A stretch of DNA of 64,000 nt from an uncultured Thermoproteaceae archaeon (lineage in GTDB: Archaea > Thermoproteota > Thermoprotei > Thermoproteales > Thermocladiaceae). Under the pieces are notes generated by a model. That model saw nothing but the letters and a program-made list of their open reading frames with translations, did not search any database and had not been told where the DNA came from. Shown in pieces: positions 41,584 to 51,962 of this stretch. The stretch covers positions 288,001 through 352,000 of the forward strand of contig CAZNTG010000006.1 in the NCBI GenBank assembly GCA_964575955.1. The letters are read 5' to 3'. Numbering within the stretch: the stretch's first letter is position 1; the number at the start of each line of letters is the position of its first letter. Position numbers and translations under genes: made by a program.

Positions 41584-41635
41584 ACAATGTCTATGATTTT
41601 AAGAAGGGTTATTAAGGATTTGTATTTTTAGAAAA

Positions 41636-42130
41636 CTACTTCTTTCTAGCTGCCTTTTTAGCAGCAGCTTTTTCAGGTGCTCCTGCTGCTGGTGTTATTG
41701 GGTTAAGTCCTGCCTTTACTCTAATCTCATTTATCTTCTCAATTAGCTGTTCTAGATCTTGTGCTGCCTGTCCTGGATCTATAACGCATGCTGATGCTGC
41801 CTGTGTTTCTATTCCAGCAGCTTTTCCAAGTCTCTCCTTACTTGGAACATATACATATGGTACACCTCTCTCTTCACATAGTAGTGGTAGATGTGCTACA
41901 ATTTCAGGTGGATCAACATCCTCTGCTATCAATACGAGCTTTGCAAGTCCTCTCTCTATAGCTTTCGTAGTCTCATTAGTACCTTTCTTAATCTTACCTG
42001 TCTGTCGAGCTATTGAAAGTATTTCATAAGCTTTTTCAGCTATTTCAGGAGGTACAGCAAATCTTACATAAAATGGCTTTCCAGGTGGTGGATTTGCATA
42101 GAATGTCTTTGGATCTATCGTTAGTGACAT
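41636..42130 (-). CDS. rpl7ae: Ribosomal protein eL8/L7Ae (K-turn binding)
   Basis: [14 protein letters not shown] and [15 protein letters not shown] motifs. Confidence 0.96.
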   Translation of the reverse strand: MSLTIDPKTFYANPPPGKPFYVRFAVPPEIAEKAYEILSIARQTGKIKKGTNETTKAIERGLAKLVLIAEDVDPPEIVAHLPLLCEERGVPYVYVPSKERLGKAAGIETQAASACVIDPGQAAQDLEQLIEKINEIRVKAGLNPITPAAGAPEKAAAKKAARKK

Positions 42131-42185
42131 ACCTTATCAAGCATGTAGTGTCTATTTAAAAATACTTCTACATAAGATAGATAGC

Positions 42186-42818
42186 TTGACAAAACTTAGA
42201 ACACTAATCAGGAAAATCATAATCTCAATAATAGGACATATCTTAAACTACATACTAATATCTAGAAAAGTTATCAAGATTAAAGTATATAAGTACAACT
42301 TCATAATACTACCAAAAGTATTTAGACCAGATATATCATATTCAACATACATACTAACACTAGAATCCTTAAAATATTTAAAAGATAGAAAATTTATAAA
42401 AATTGCAGACATATGCACAGGAAGTGGTATTATAGGCATACTCATATCTAAAATATTTAGAAAGTATGTAATACTTGTAGATATATCTAAAAATGCTATA
42501 AAGAATTGTATACTCAATATTAGAATTCTAAATGTTAACAATCTTGTAGATGTAGTAATTTCAGACTCTTGTAAAGCCTTTAGACTAAAATCTCTAGACT
42601 TTGTAATTATAAATCCTCCATATCTCCCATGTAGTGGAAGTGTTGAAATATGTTATAGAGACTTGAGAGAGTTTATAAGTATGTTGAAATATTGTAGATA
42701 TATTTCTAAATTTGGAATATTATGCACTACATCATCATTATCGGAATATTCATATGGTAAAGTTGTCAATTATGTAAAGACACCTATAGACACTATATAC
42801 GTCATGTTTCTAGTCTAG
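42186..42818 (+). CDS. HemK-related SAM-dependent methyltransferase
   Basis: DICTGSG, VDIS and NPPY motifs. Confidence 0.8.
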   Translation: MTKLRTLIRKIIISIIGHILNYILISRKVIKIKVYKYNFIILPKVFRPDISYSTYILTLESLKYLKDRKFIKIADICTGSGIIGILISKIFRKYVILVDISKNAIKNCILNIRILNVNNLVDVVISDSCKAFRLKSLDFVIINPPYLPCSGSVEICYRDLREFISMLKYCRYISKFGILCTTSSLSEYSYGKVVNYVKTPIDTIYVMFLV

Positions 42819-42875
42819 ATTTTTGATAGATGTGAAAAGGTTATAATTCATTAGATAGACCATAATTAAGGATAG

Positions 42876-43484
42876 ATGAGTGCTGTTGAAGACTTCATAA
42901 GATCTGAAATTGAGGGAAAGATCTTGAAGATTCTTAAAGAAATTGAAGAACTTCATGAAGAGATAGTTGAAGATTGGTCTTCCAAAATTGGTGTATCTAA
43001 ACCGAACATAGTTGTAACTCTTGAAGAAGTTAATGAATGTTCTAGTCCATATGTATGTATTCAGGATAGTGATAACTATTGTAAAGTTATTACTGGTGAT
43101 TACATACCTGACACTAAGACTATAGTACTATACTACAGATCTAACATAGACTCACTACTACACCTATTTCTACATCATGTATATGCATCACAGATAGGTT
43201 TTGATAAGTATAGACAGATTAAGTATATTGAAACTATTAGATTACCCTGGAGTCTCAGACCTACAGAGATAAGAATATTAGCAATGACTAAGAAGATGTA
43301 TAATGTACTCGTTACTCAGAGAACAGGTAAGATATGGACAGACTATATCAAGACTAGGATTAGAATGTTAGATGAGGAAATTCAAAAAGTTTCAAGTACT
43401 GTAAGAAGCTTTGCATCATCAGTAATGCCTAGTGTACATATGAGACAACTAGCTTATAAAGTCTCTAGAGAAGATAAGACTTAG
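42876..43484 (+). CDS. Hypothetical protein
   Basis: 202-aa ORF; HLFLHH motif; TATA about 27 nt upstream. Confidence 0.6.
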   Translation: MSAVEDFIRSEIEGKILKILKEIEELHEEIVEDWSSKIGVSKPNIVVTLEEVNECSSPYVCIQDSDNYCKVITGDYIPDTKTIVLYYRSNIDSLLHLFLHHVYASQIGFDKYRQIKYIETIRLPWSLRPTEIRILAMTKKMYNVLVTQRTGKIWTDYIKTRIRMLDEEIQKVSSTVRSFASSVMPSVHMRQLAYKVSREDKT

Positions 43485-43492
43485 TCTACGAA

Positions 43493-43540
43493 GTGATGAA
43501 TAGATGGGCCACTGATAGATGAAGAATTGGCGGTCTCTGA
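43493..43540 (+). ncRNA. C/D box sRNA whose D box overlaps the ade start codon
   Basis: GTGATGA-ATAGATGGGCCA-CTGA-TAG-ATGAAGA-ATTGGCGGTCT-CTGA(TG). Confidence 0.87.
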
Positions 43541-45306
43541 TGTATAGATTACCAACACTTAGAGAGAGAATTAAAGCTATAAGATGTGCATTAGGTAATG
43601 AGAAGCCTGATATAGTATTGAGAAATTGTAGACTCATAAACGTGCTTACAGGAGAGATTGAAGATGTAGATATTGCAATATGCGGAAGATTAATATGTAG
43701 AGTTGGTGATTGTTCTGATATTCTAGATAAAGCTAAGAAGATATTAGACATAGGTAGAAAATATGTATGTCCAGGACTCATAGATGCTCATGTACATATT
43801 GAGAGTAGTATGGTTACACCAAGCATATTTAGTAAGTATGCAATAATGCATGGAGTAACGACAGTATTTGCTGATCCTCATGAGATAGGTAATGTTCTCG
43901 GTATTGAAGGTATTAGAGAATTTATGAAAGAAAGTTCTAAATGTCCAATTAAGATATTTTTAACAGTTCCTTCATGCATACCTGCAACAAAAATAAAACT
44001 TGAAACAAATCCAAACATATTAACTGTTGAAGATATTGAAAAATTATTGAAAGATGATTGGAGTATAGCGTTAGGAGAAGTTATGGATATTGGATCTATA
44101 ATTAATGCAGATCCAGACATATTGAAGGAGATAGAACTTTCATATAGTATGAAGATGAGAGTATGTGGTCATGCACCAAAGCTTAGGGGTAGAGAGTTAT
44201 GTGCATATATATCTTCAGGACCTGACTCAGATCATGAAATTACAGAAGTTGAAGAAGCGTTAGAGAAGTTGAGAAGAGGTATGTACATAATGATTAGATA
44301 TGGAACATTTTCAAAAGATTTAGAAAAGATTATTGATAAAATTCCAAAATTTGCAATTTCTAGAACAATGATAGTTAGCGATGATATTAATATTATAGAG
44401 CTTAGAGAAGGCTATCTAGATAGAGCTATTAGAACTGCAGTAAAGAGAGGTCTAGATTCTGTATCAATAATCAGAATGTGTACACTAACACCAGCAGAAT
44501 ACTATGGTCTAGATTGGGCTATTGGATGTATAGCTCCTGGAAGATTAGCAGACATCTTAATATTGAGAGATTTAGAGAATTTTGATATAGATACTGTAAT
44601 AAGTGAAGGAGATATCGTATATAGAGATTGTAAGTTAGTTATAGAATTTCCATACCATATATATCCACCACACTTCAAGACAACTGTAAAGATTCCAGAT
44701 TTAGATCCTGAAGATTTAATATTGAAGTTTGAGAAAAAGTATACTATGTGTAAGTTAAATGTCATAGAATTTACAAAAGATTCTATAATTACTAAATGGA
44801 GAGTTGATGAATTTAAAATACATGATGGATATATAGAACTTCCAGAGACATACTATCACATAGCCGTAGTTGAAAGACATGGAAAGTCTGGTAATATTGG
44901 TAGAGGTGTCTGTTGTGGTATTGATCTTAAAGACTATACTATAGGATTAACAATTAGTCATGATAGTCATAATTTAACTGTTGTTGGTAAAGATTGTAGA
45001 GATATGTATATTGCTGTTAAGGAGTTAGAGAAGATAGGTGGTGGTATTGTACTTGTTAAAGATAGACAGGTAGTTGAGGAAGTACCATTACCAATTGCTG
45101 GTCTTATGTCAGATAGTGAAGAGTGTGTTGATAGGATGATTAGACTTCTCTCTAAAATATCTGAAGATGTGTATCTTGGATTGAGACATATTGCACCTCT
45201 CATGTTTGCTTCATTAGTTGTTATTCCTGATATTAGAATTACAGATAAGGGTCTTGTAGATGTTAGAAATATGCGAATAATATCTCCAATAGTTGAACTA
45301 TACTGA
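43540..45306 (+). CDS. ade: Adenine deaminase
   Basis: PGLIDAHVHIESS, DPHEIGNV, GHAP, SDHE and SHDSHN motifs; start moved to ATG 43540 (the track start 43519 is the sRNA C' box). Confidence 0.92.
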   Translation: MYRLPTLRERIKAIRCALGNEKPDIVLRNCRLINVLTGEIEDVDIAICGRLICRVGDCSDILDKAKKILDIGRKYVCPGLIDAHVHIESSMVTPSIFSKYAIMHGVTTVFADPHEIGNVLGIEGIREFMKESSKCPIKIFLTVPSCIPATKIKLETNPNILTVEDIEKLLKDDWSIALGEVMDIGSIINADPDILKEIELSYSMKMRVCGHAPKLRGRELCAYISSGPDSDHEITEVEEALEKLRRGMYIMIRYGTFSKDLEKIIDKIPKFAISRTMIVSDDINIIELREGYLDRAIRTAVKRGLDSVSIIRMCTLTPAEYYGLDWAIGCIAPGRLADILILRDLENFDIDTVISEGDIVYRDCKLVIEFPYHIYPPHFKTTVKIPDLDPEDLILKFEKKYTMCKLNVIEFTKDSIITKWRVDEFKIHDGYIELPETYYHIAVVERHGKSGNIGRGVCCGIDLKDYTIGLTISHDSHNLTVVGKDCRDMYIAVKELEKIGGGIVLVKDRQVVEEVPLPIAGLMSDSEECVDRMIRLLSKISEDVYLGLRHIAPLMFASLVVIPDIRITDKGLVDVRNMRIISPIVELY

Positions 45307-45308
45307 CA

Positions 45309-47747
45309 TCAAGAGCATATGTATACTCTAGCTTCATTATCAATTAATTCACAATTATCTCCTCTAGGTTCACCAATCTTTACATCTCTAACCTTGTGCA
45401 TTATCTTTATTTCATAAGTTATTGGTTCTAACTTCTCATCAACATATAGTTCTACATCAAGACTTTGTGCAAGACTCATACCTCTCCTATTCTTATATAC
45501 CCATACTGCTCTATTCGTCTTTATAAATGGCTCAAGCATTATTATATACTTTCTATCAAATTCTATAGGTAGTTTATCTTCAATTATCTGTCTATGAACT
45601 GACTCATTGTATAGTTTTCTCCATATGTAGTCTGTTATAAATGGCATTATTGGTGCTAATAGTTTCGTGATTGTCCTTAATACTGTGTGAAGTGTGAACC
45701 ATGCACCTCTCTGTTCAAGTTCTGAGAATTGTCTATCTCTATTATATGCACGTGCCTTAACAGCTTCAATGTAGTGATCAGCAAATATATGCCATGTGAA
45801 GTCGTACAGTATGTGAGCTGGTTCATACACATCAAATTTTGAATATGCTTCAACACACTTCTTCAATACTTCTTCAAGTTTTGCAAGTATCATCATGTCT
45901 AGTGGTGTTAGTTTATAGTTATCTTCTACATTTGGAAATTGTGATATAAATCTTGCAATATTCCATAACTTAATAACAAAACTATGACCTGTCTCTATTA
46001 ACTGTGGTATATACCTATAGTCACTTCCTAGCTTAGCTGCTGCAGCAGCCCAAAATCTAACAGCATCTGCACCATATTTCTCGACTGGTGGTATTGGGTC
46101 AATTATGTTTCCTTTAGATTTATGCATAGCTTCACCTTTCTCATCTAATCCCATTCCTGATATTCTGACATATCTAAATGGTGGTTTTCCATATAGTAGA
46201 TATGCTCTGAGTACTGAGTAGTATAGCCATGTTCTAATTATGTCATATCCCTGTGGTCTAATTATTGAATGTGGATATACTTTCTCAAATACTCTAATCT
46301 CAGGTTTTGTATATCCAGAAGCATACATCCAAGATATCGATGAGTCAAACCATGTATCTAATACTCTATCCTCACCTACAAGTTTACCATCTCTACATTT
46401 CTCTCTAACTTCAGGTGGTGGTTCATCTTTCCAAGGTCTATAATACTTTCCAGGATTTGGTAATACTACTTCTCTCTTACCTGTCTTCTCATCAATACAA
46501 TACCATATCGGTATCTCTGTTGCATAGTATCTACGTCTAGATATTGGCCAATCGAATTCTAGAGACTTTATCCAATCTATCAAAATTTTCTTATAATCCT
46601 CAGGATAGAACTCCATCTCATTTTCAACAATTTTAATTAACTCATCCTTAAATTCTAACTGCTTTAAGAAGAATTCTCTAGTAACTATAATTTCTACAGG
46701 CGTCTTACATCTCCAACACACAGGAACGTTGTGTATTATCTTCTCCTGCTTTGTAAGTAGTTCTCTACTCTTCAACTCTTCAATTATTGCTTTTCTAGCA
46801 TCTCTAATATACATACCTCTAAACTTTCCAGCATATTCATTCATTCTTCCTGATTCATCAATTACGATTCTTATTGGAAGTTTTAGTTCATTAACTATTG
46901 CTAAATCTCTAACATCACCGAAAGTACATATCATTACTAGTCCTGTACCAAATTCAGGTTTTGCTGCTGGATGCTCTAGTATTGGTACTCTATGTCCAAA
47001 TATTGGAACTATTGCATGTTTATCTTTTAGATGTTTATATCTTGAATCTTGTGGATTATATATTACTGCTACACATGCAGGTAGTAGTTCTGGTCTTGTT
47101 GTAGCAATTACAATATCTTCGCCTGTCTCTTCAACTCTAAACTTAATATAGTTCAATGTTGTAGATTCTTCAACATACTCTATCTCAGCTTCTGCAAGTG
47201 CTGTTTTACATCTTGGACACCATAATGTGGGTCTTTCAGCCTCATATATCAATCCACGATTCCACAATTCTATGAATGTCTTTTGAGTTATTGTACGATA
47301 TTCTTCACTGTCAGTACCATTTTTCCAATATGTGAATGAGAGACCCCATCTCTCTAATATTTCTAAATTCTCTTTCTCATATTTATCTAACAATTCTCTA
47401 CATAGCTCAATAAATTTCTCTCTAGGTATTTCATGCATAGTTATGTTATACATCTTCTCAACCTGAACTTCTACAGGTAGTCCATTTCTATCTGTGTAGA
47501 ATGGAAATATCACATTATATCCTCTCATTCTGAAGAATCTGGCAATCATGTCTATCTGTGCGTAGTGTGCAACACCTCCAATATGCATTCTACCACTCAT
47601 GTATGGTGGTGGTGTATCTATGACTATTGTTTTTCTATTTGGATCAATCTCAATCTTGTATAGATTTTCTTCTTTCCAAATTTTCAATAGTTCAACTTCT
47701 TTAGATATATCCCACCTCTTCTCAACTAGCTTTGGCTTAAATGACAT
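45309..47747 (-). CDS. valS: Valyl-tRNA synthetase
   Basis: DTPPP...HIGG, ATTRPE, DW.ISR and AMHKSKGN motifs. Confidence 0.92.
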   Translation of the reverse strand: MSFKPKLVEKRWDISKEVELLKIWKEENLYKIEIDPNRKTIVIDTPPPYMSGRMHIGGVAHYAQIDMIARFFRMRGYNVIFPFYTDRNGLPVEVQVEKMYNITMHEIPREKFIELCRELLDKYEKENLEILERWGLSFTYWKNGTDSEEYRTITQKTFIELWNRGLIYEAERPTLWCPRCKTALAEAEIEYVEESTTLNYIKFRVEETGEDIVIATTRPELLPACVAVIYNPQDSRYKHLKDKHAIVPIFGHRVPILEHPAAKPEFGTGLVMICTFGDVRDLAIVNELKLPIRIVIDESGRMNEYAGKFRGMYIRDARKAIIEELKSRELLTKQEKIIHNVPVCWRCKTPVEIIVTREFFLKQLEFKDELIKIVENEMEFYPEDYKKILIDWIKSLEFDWPISRRRYYATEIPIWYCIDEKTGKREVVLPNPGKYYRPWKDEPPPEVREKCRDGKLVGEDRVLDTWFDSSISWMYASGYTKPEIRVFEKVYPHSIIRPQGYDIIRTWLYYSVLRAYLLYGKPPFRYVRISGMGLDEKGEAMHKSKGNIIDPIPPVEKYGADAVRFWAAAAAKLGSDYRYIPQLIETGHSFVIKLWNIARFISQFPNVEDNYKLTPLDMMILAKLEEVLKKCVEAYSKFDVYEPAHILYDFTWHIFADHYIEAVKARAYNRDRQFSELEQRGAWFTLHTVLRTITKLLAPIMPFITDYIWRKLYNESVHRQIIEDKLPIEFDRKYIIMLEPFIKTNRAVWVYKNRRGMSLAQSLDVELYVDEKLEPITYEIKIMHKVRDVKIGEPRGDNCELIDNEARVYICS

Positions 47748-47840
47748 CTATAGAGATGTAGATTGGCAGTGTTTAAATAAATATGTTCTATTAGTGACAA
47801 AACTAATAAGTCTGAATACAATTCTCAATTAAGGCAACAG

Positions 47841-48179
47841 ATGAAACTTATAATAGCAATAGTGAGACCAGAAAAGCTACCACAGATAATGAAGGCATTG
47901 CAGGATAATGGAATACAACCATTAACAGTGTTTGAAGTACGTGGTCGTGGTGAGCAGGGTGGTCTACTCTTATCACATGGACCAATACAGTACCATATGG
48001 AACTTCTACCTAAAGTTAGGATTGAGATTGCAGTTCCTGATAACATGGTTGAGAAGGTTGTTAATATAATTCAGAAGGTTGCATGGACTGGAAAGCCTGG
48101 TGATGGTAAGATATTCATACTGACTTTAGAAGATGCTATCAGAATTAGAACAGGAGAGAGAGGTGAGAAAGCACTATAA
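47841..48179 (+). CDS. glnK: P-II signal transduction protein (GlnB/GlnK family)
   Basis: AIVRPEK, VRGRGEQ, LLPK, TGKPGDGKIF and RIRTGE motifs. Confidence 0.92.
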   Translation: MKLIIAIVRPEKLPQIMKALQDNGIQPLTVFEVRGRGEQGGLLLSHGPIQYHMELLPKVRIEIAVPDNMVEKVVNIIQKVAWTGKPGDGKIFILTLEDAIRIRTGERGEKAL

Positions 48180-48760
48180 TGTCTAAAATCTTCGATAAAT
48201 TGAAAACTTATTTGAAAACTGCAGAGGCATTACCACAATTAAGGAGATACATAACTCTAGGAATGTTTGATGGTATAGTTGTAGCACTTGCAGCTATAAT
48301 AGCTGTAGATATTAGAAATATGTCAACAACAGTATTATGGACATCAGGAATTAGCAGTCTACTTGGAGTTTCATTAGCATCTGCATGGAATACTATACAG
48401 GCAGAACTTCTAGAAAGATCAAGTGAGATTAGAAAGATGGAGAGAGTTATGTTAAGATCCTTGAAAGGTACTATACTTGAGAAAGCTCATAAAGTAAGTA
48501 TAGCTATATGCACAATAGCACATTCAATATCTCCATTAACAGGTCTTCTACTAATACTACTATACACATCTATGAGGAGTATATTTCCAAAAATTTCACT
48601 ATTAATAACAATTCTATGTGGTAGTGCTGTACTAGGGATGTTAGGATTAATGTATAGAAAAGAGCTTAAAAGAAGAGACTTAGTAAAGCTATGCCTATTA
48701 ATGTCTTCTGTAGCTGTTGGTCTTGTAATTATCATATCTATAGTACTTGGCTCATCGTGA
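48179..48760 (+). CDS. VIT1/CCC1-like (TIGR00267-type) membrane protein
   Basis: RRYITLGMFDG and AE..ER..E....E..ML..L.GT motifs, five TM segments. Confidence 0.65.
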   Translation: MSKIFDKLKTYLKTAEALPQLRRYITLGMFDGIVVALAAIIAVDIRNMSTTVLWTSGISSLLGVSLASAWNTIQAELLERSSEIRKMERVMLRSLKGTILEKAHKVSIAICTIAHSISPLTGLLLILLYTSMRSIFPKISLLITILCGSAVLGMLGLMYRKELKRRDLVKLCLLMSSVAVGLVIIISIVLGSS

Positions 48761-51148
48761 ATATTTGAAATATATTTCAAAGTTTGGTTTTCTCCATGCA
48801 GAGTCTAGATATTTAACATCTATATCTGCAATAATCTTCTCACCATTTTCAATAACTAGTCTAGGCTCATCAATAACTCTACCAATTATGCTATGTGGCA
48901 CATCTCTCAATATATCTAAAACTTTTGAAATATTTTCTTCAGGTACTTCAACTATAAATCTAGTATTAGATTCTGAAAATAGTACATAGTCAGGTCTAAA
49001 TGGGCCTTCATATGGTATTCTTCCAACATCAATTTCAACTCCAAGTCTACCAGCTATGACCATCTCAGCTAATGTTACTGCTATACCTCCACTAGACACG
49101 TCATGACATGAGACTACTAATTCTCTATCTATCAACTCTACAACCTTGTCAATAATCTTCTTTGCATACTCCTTATATATCTTGGGTACTGATGTACCGA
49201 GTACTCCTCTAAGAGCATAATATTCACTACCACCAAGTTCTTTTCTTGTTAAACCAATAACTACTATATAGTTACCACTCTTCTTCAAATCTACTGTTAC
49301 AACCTTTCTAACATCTGGAATTATGCCTACTGCTGTTATGAGTAGTGTAGGTGTTACAGGTCCTAGTGGAGATTCATTATATAGGCTATCTTTACCTGAT
49401 ATGAATGGTGTTTCAAAGTATTTAGCATATTCATAACATGCTTTTACAGCTTCTAAAAGATCCCATACACGGTCTGGTTTTTCTGGACTTCCCCATGTGA
49501 AGTTGTCTAGAAGTGCAATTCTTCTACCACCAACAGCTACATTATTTCTAATAGCTTCATCAATACTACTAGCAGTCATCCAATATGTACTAATCTTACC
49601 ATATCTAGGCTTAATTCCAACACTTATAACTAATCCTCTCCATGAGTGTGGTAGTGGTTTTATAACTACACCATCACTATGTGCTCCATACCATCCATGT
49701 AGTGGCTTTACAACAGTTCTACCACCAACCTCAAAGTCGTATCTTCTTACAACATCTTCTCTAGAACATATGTTTGGACTTGATAGTAAGTCTAGTATAG
49801 TTCTCTCATAATCTTCAGGTTCTTCAATTTCAGGTTCTTCAATAACTACCTCTCTCTTCTCAGCATATCTAATACAGGTAGGTGGATTGAATAGAAATTT
49901 CAAATCTAATGAACATACTATATACTTACCATAGTAGACCTCTACCTTACCACTACTTACCAATCTACCAACAATTGAAAATGGTAACTCTTCCTCTCTC
50001 AAAATTTCGATAATTCTATATATGTTTCTTGGTGGTGCTACAACTAGCATCCTTTCCTGACTTTCAGATAACCATATCTCCCATGGTTTTAATGTGAAAT
50101 CTCTAAGATGTAGTTTATGTAGCCAAACTACAGCACCTAAACCATATCTATTAGCTGTCTCACACACAGCACATGATAGACCACCACCACCTAGATCTGT
50201 AATTCCATGTGCAAGTTCTTCATCTCTAATTCTAATTATTGCTCTTCTTAAAGACTCTTCAACTACAGGATCTGGTATCTGTACAGCAGATCTATGAACT
50301 TCTTCACTCTCCTCAGTTAGTTCTGCAGATGCAAAGACAACACCATGAAGACCATCTCTACCAGTTCTATTTCCAATAACTAGTAAGTAGTCTCCCTCTC
50401 TTACCTTTCTAATATACTTATCTTTAGGTAAGATACCAACACAGCCACAATATACCACAACATTACCAACATAACCTTCATCAAAATATACAGCACCTGC
50501 AACTGTTGGAATACCCATATTATTTCCATAGTATGCTATTCCTGAAACTACACCACTATATATGAACTTTGGATGCTTAATACCTTTAGGTAATCTATCT
50601 TCAGGATAGTTTAATGGTCCAAAACCTAGAACATCTATCAATGCTATTGGCTCAGCCCAAACACCTAAAACATCACGAATAACACCACCAACACCCGTAG
50701 CTGCACCTCCAAATGGCTCTATCGCTGATGGATGATTATGTGTTTCTACCTTTACCGCAATTGCATATTCTTCATCAAATTCTACAATTCCAGCATTATC
50801 TTCAAAAGCTGAAATTACCCAACTAGGCTTAAGTTCATCTAAAACTTTCATTATATAATTCTTCAATATATTCCTAATCTCACTACCATCTGGAAGTTTT
50901 ATAATTCCTTTAAAAGTCTTATGATAACAATGTTCACTCCATACTTGAGCTATTGTTTGTAATTCTACATCTGTAGGATTTCTACCAACTTTTTCAAAAT
51001 ATTTTTTAACAAACCTTAGCTCTTCTAAACTCAATCCAAGACCTAAAATCTTATTTATACATTCTAAATCTTGATCTGTACTATTTAAAATATCTACTTC
51101 ATATACCTCAACTTCAGGATATAGTTTTTTAAAATATTTTAAAGCCAT
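48752..51148 (-). CDS. purL: FGAM synthase subunit PurL
   Basis: WSEHC.HK, ETHNHPS..EPFGGAATG, DLGGGG and SESQERM motifs. Confidence 0.95.
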   Translation of the reverse strand: MALKYFKKLYPEVEVYEVDILNSTDQDLECINKILGLGLSLEELRFVKKYFEKVGRNPTDVELQTIAQVWSEHCYHKTFKGIIKLPDGSEIRNILKNYIMKVLDELKPSWVISAFEDNAGIVEFDEEYAIAVKVETHNHPSAIEPFGGAATGVGGVIRDVLGVWAEPIALIDVLGFGPLNYPEDRLPKGIKHPKFIYSGVVSGIAYYGNNMGIPTVAGAVYFDEGYVGNVVVYCGCVGILPKDKYIRKVREGDYLLVIGNRTGRDGLHGVVFASAELTEESEEVHRSAVQIPDPVVEESLRRAIIRIRDEELAHGITDLGGGGLSCAVCETANRYGLGAVVWLHKLHLRDFTLKPWEIWLSESQERMLVVAPPRNIYRIIEILREEELPFSIVGRLVSSGKVEVYYGKYIVCSLDLKFLFNPPTCIRYAEKREVVIEEPEIEEPEDYERTILDLLSSPNICSREDVVRRYDFEVGGRTVVKPLHGWYGAHSDGVVIKPLPHSWRGLVISVGIKPRYGKISTYWMTASSIDEAIRNNVAVGGRRIALLDNFTWGSPEKPDRVWDLLEAVKACYEYAKYFETPFISGKDSLYNESPLGPVTPTLLITAVGIIPDVRKVVTVDLKKSGNYIVVIGLTRKELGGSEYYALRGVLGTSVPKIYKEYAKKIIDKVVELIDRELVVSCHDVSSGGIAVTLAEMVIAGRLGVEIDVGRIPYEGPFRPDYVLFSESNTRFIVEVPEENISKVLDILRDVPHSIIGRVIDEPRLVIENGEKIIADIDVKYLDSAWRKPNFEIYFKYSR

Positions 51149-51913
51149 CTACTTTCTTCTACGTCTCTGTTCGTATGGTATTATCTGTGGACATCTTCTA
51201 CCAGTACATCTTGCAGCTATATGACCAACCTTCTGTCCTGGAGGTGCATTCTTTGCTACTGGTGGACTACCTGTTGGGTGATGACCACCTCCATGTGGAT
51301 GTGCATATGGGCTCATTGCTTTACCTCTAACTGTTGGATATTTCCATGCTTTTGCTTTAGCTCTATGGTACTTCTTTCCAGCTTTAACGTAGGGTTTTTC
51401 AACTCTACCTCCACCAGCTACGATTCCTATTGTTGCTCTAGCTCTACAGTCAACTTCTACTGTCTTACCACTTGGAAGTTGTAGTACTGTCTTACCTTCA
51501 TCAAGTTTATGTGATAGAACTACAGCATATGTACCTCCTGCTCTTGCAAACTTACCACCATCTCCAAGTCTCTTCTCAACATTGCAAACCATGGTTCCTT
51601 CAGGTATCTTGTATAGTGGTAGTACATTTCCTGTAGCTACTCTAGCCTCTGAACCAATCTCAATCATCTGACCAACATACATTCCCTCTACAGCATACAT
51701 CAACATCTCTCTACCATCTTCAAGTGCTACACGTGCAACAGGTGCATTAAGTCCAGGAACATGCATCAATTCCTTAACAATACCCCTAATGACACCATTC
51801 ATCTGAATATCATCAGGTGGTACATACTTCACAGGTCCTGGCCTCTTCCAGCTAGGACTTATGAATGTTGGTCCTGCCTTTCCTCTACGCTGTACAAGTA
51901 TTCGTTTACCCAT
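51149..51913 (-). CDS. rpl2: 50S ribosomal protein uL2
   Basis: MGKRILVQRRG and RGKAM...HPHGGG motifs. Confidence 0.96.
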   Translation of the reverse strand: MGKRILVQRRGKAGPTFISPSWKRPGPVKYVPPDDIQMNGVIRGIVKELMHVPGLNAPVARVALEDGREMLMYAVEGMYVGQMIEIGSEARVATGNVLPLYKIPEGTMVCNVEKRLGDGGKFARAGGTYAVVLSHKLDEGKTVLQLPSGKTVEVDCRARATIGIVAGGGRVEKPYVKAGKKYHRAKAKAWKYPTVRGKAMSPYAHPHGGGHHPTGSPPVAKNAPPGQKVGHIAARCTGRRCPQIIPYEQRRRRK

Positions 51914-51962
51914 CTAGTCTCGTACTGGTTGATTTGACAGATCTTATAAACATTGTTTTGTG

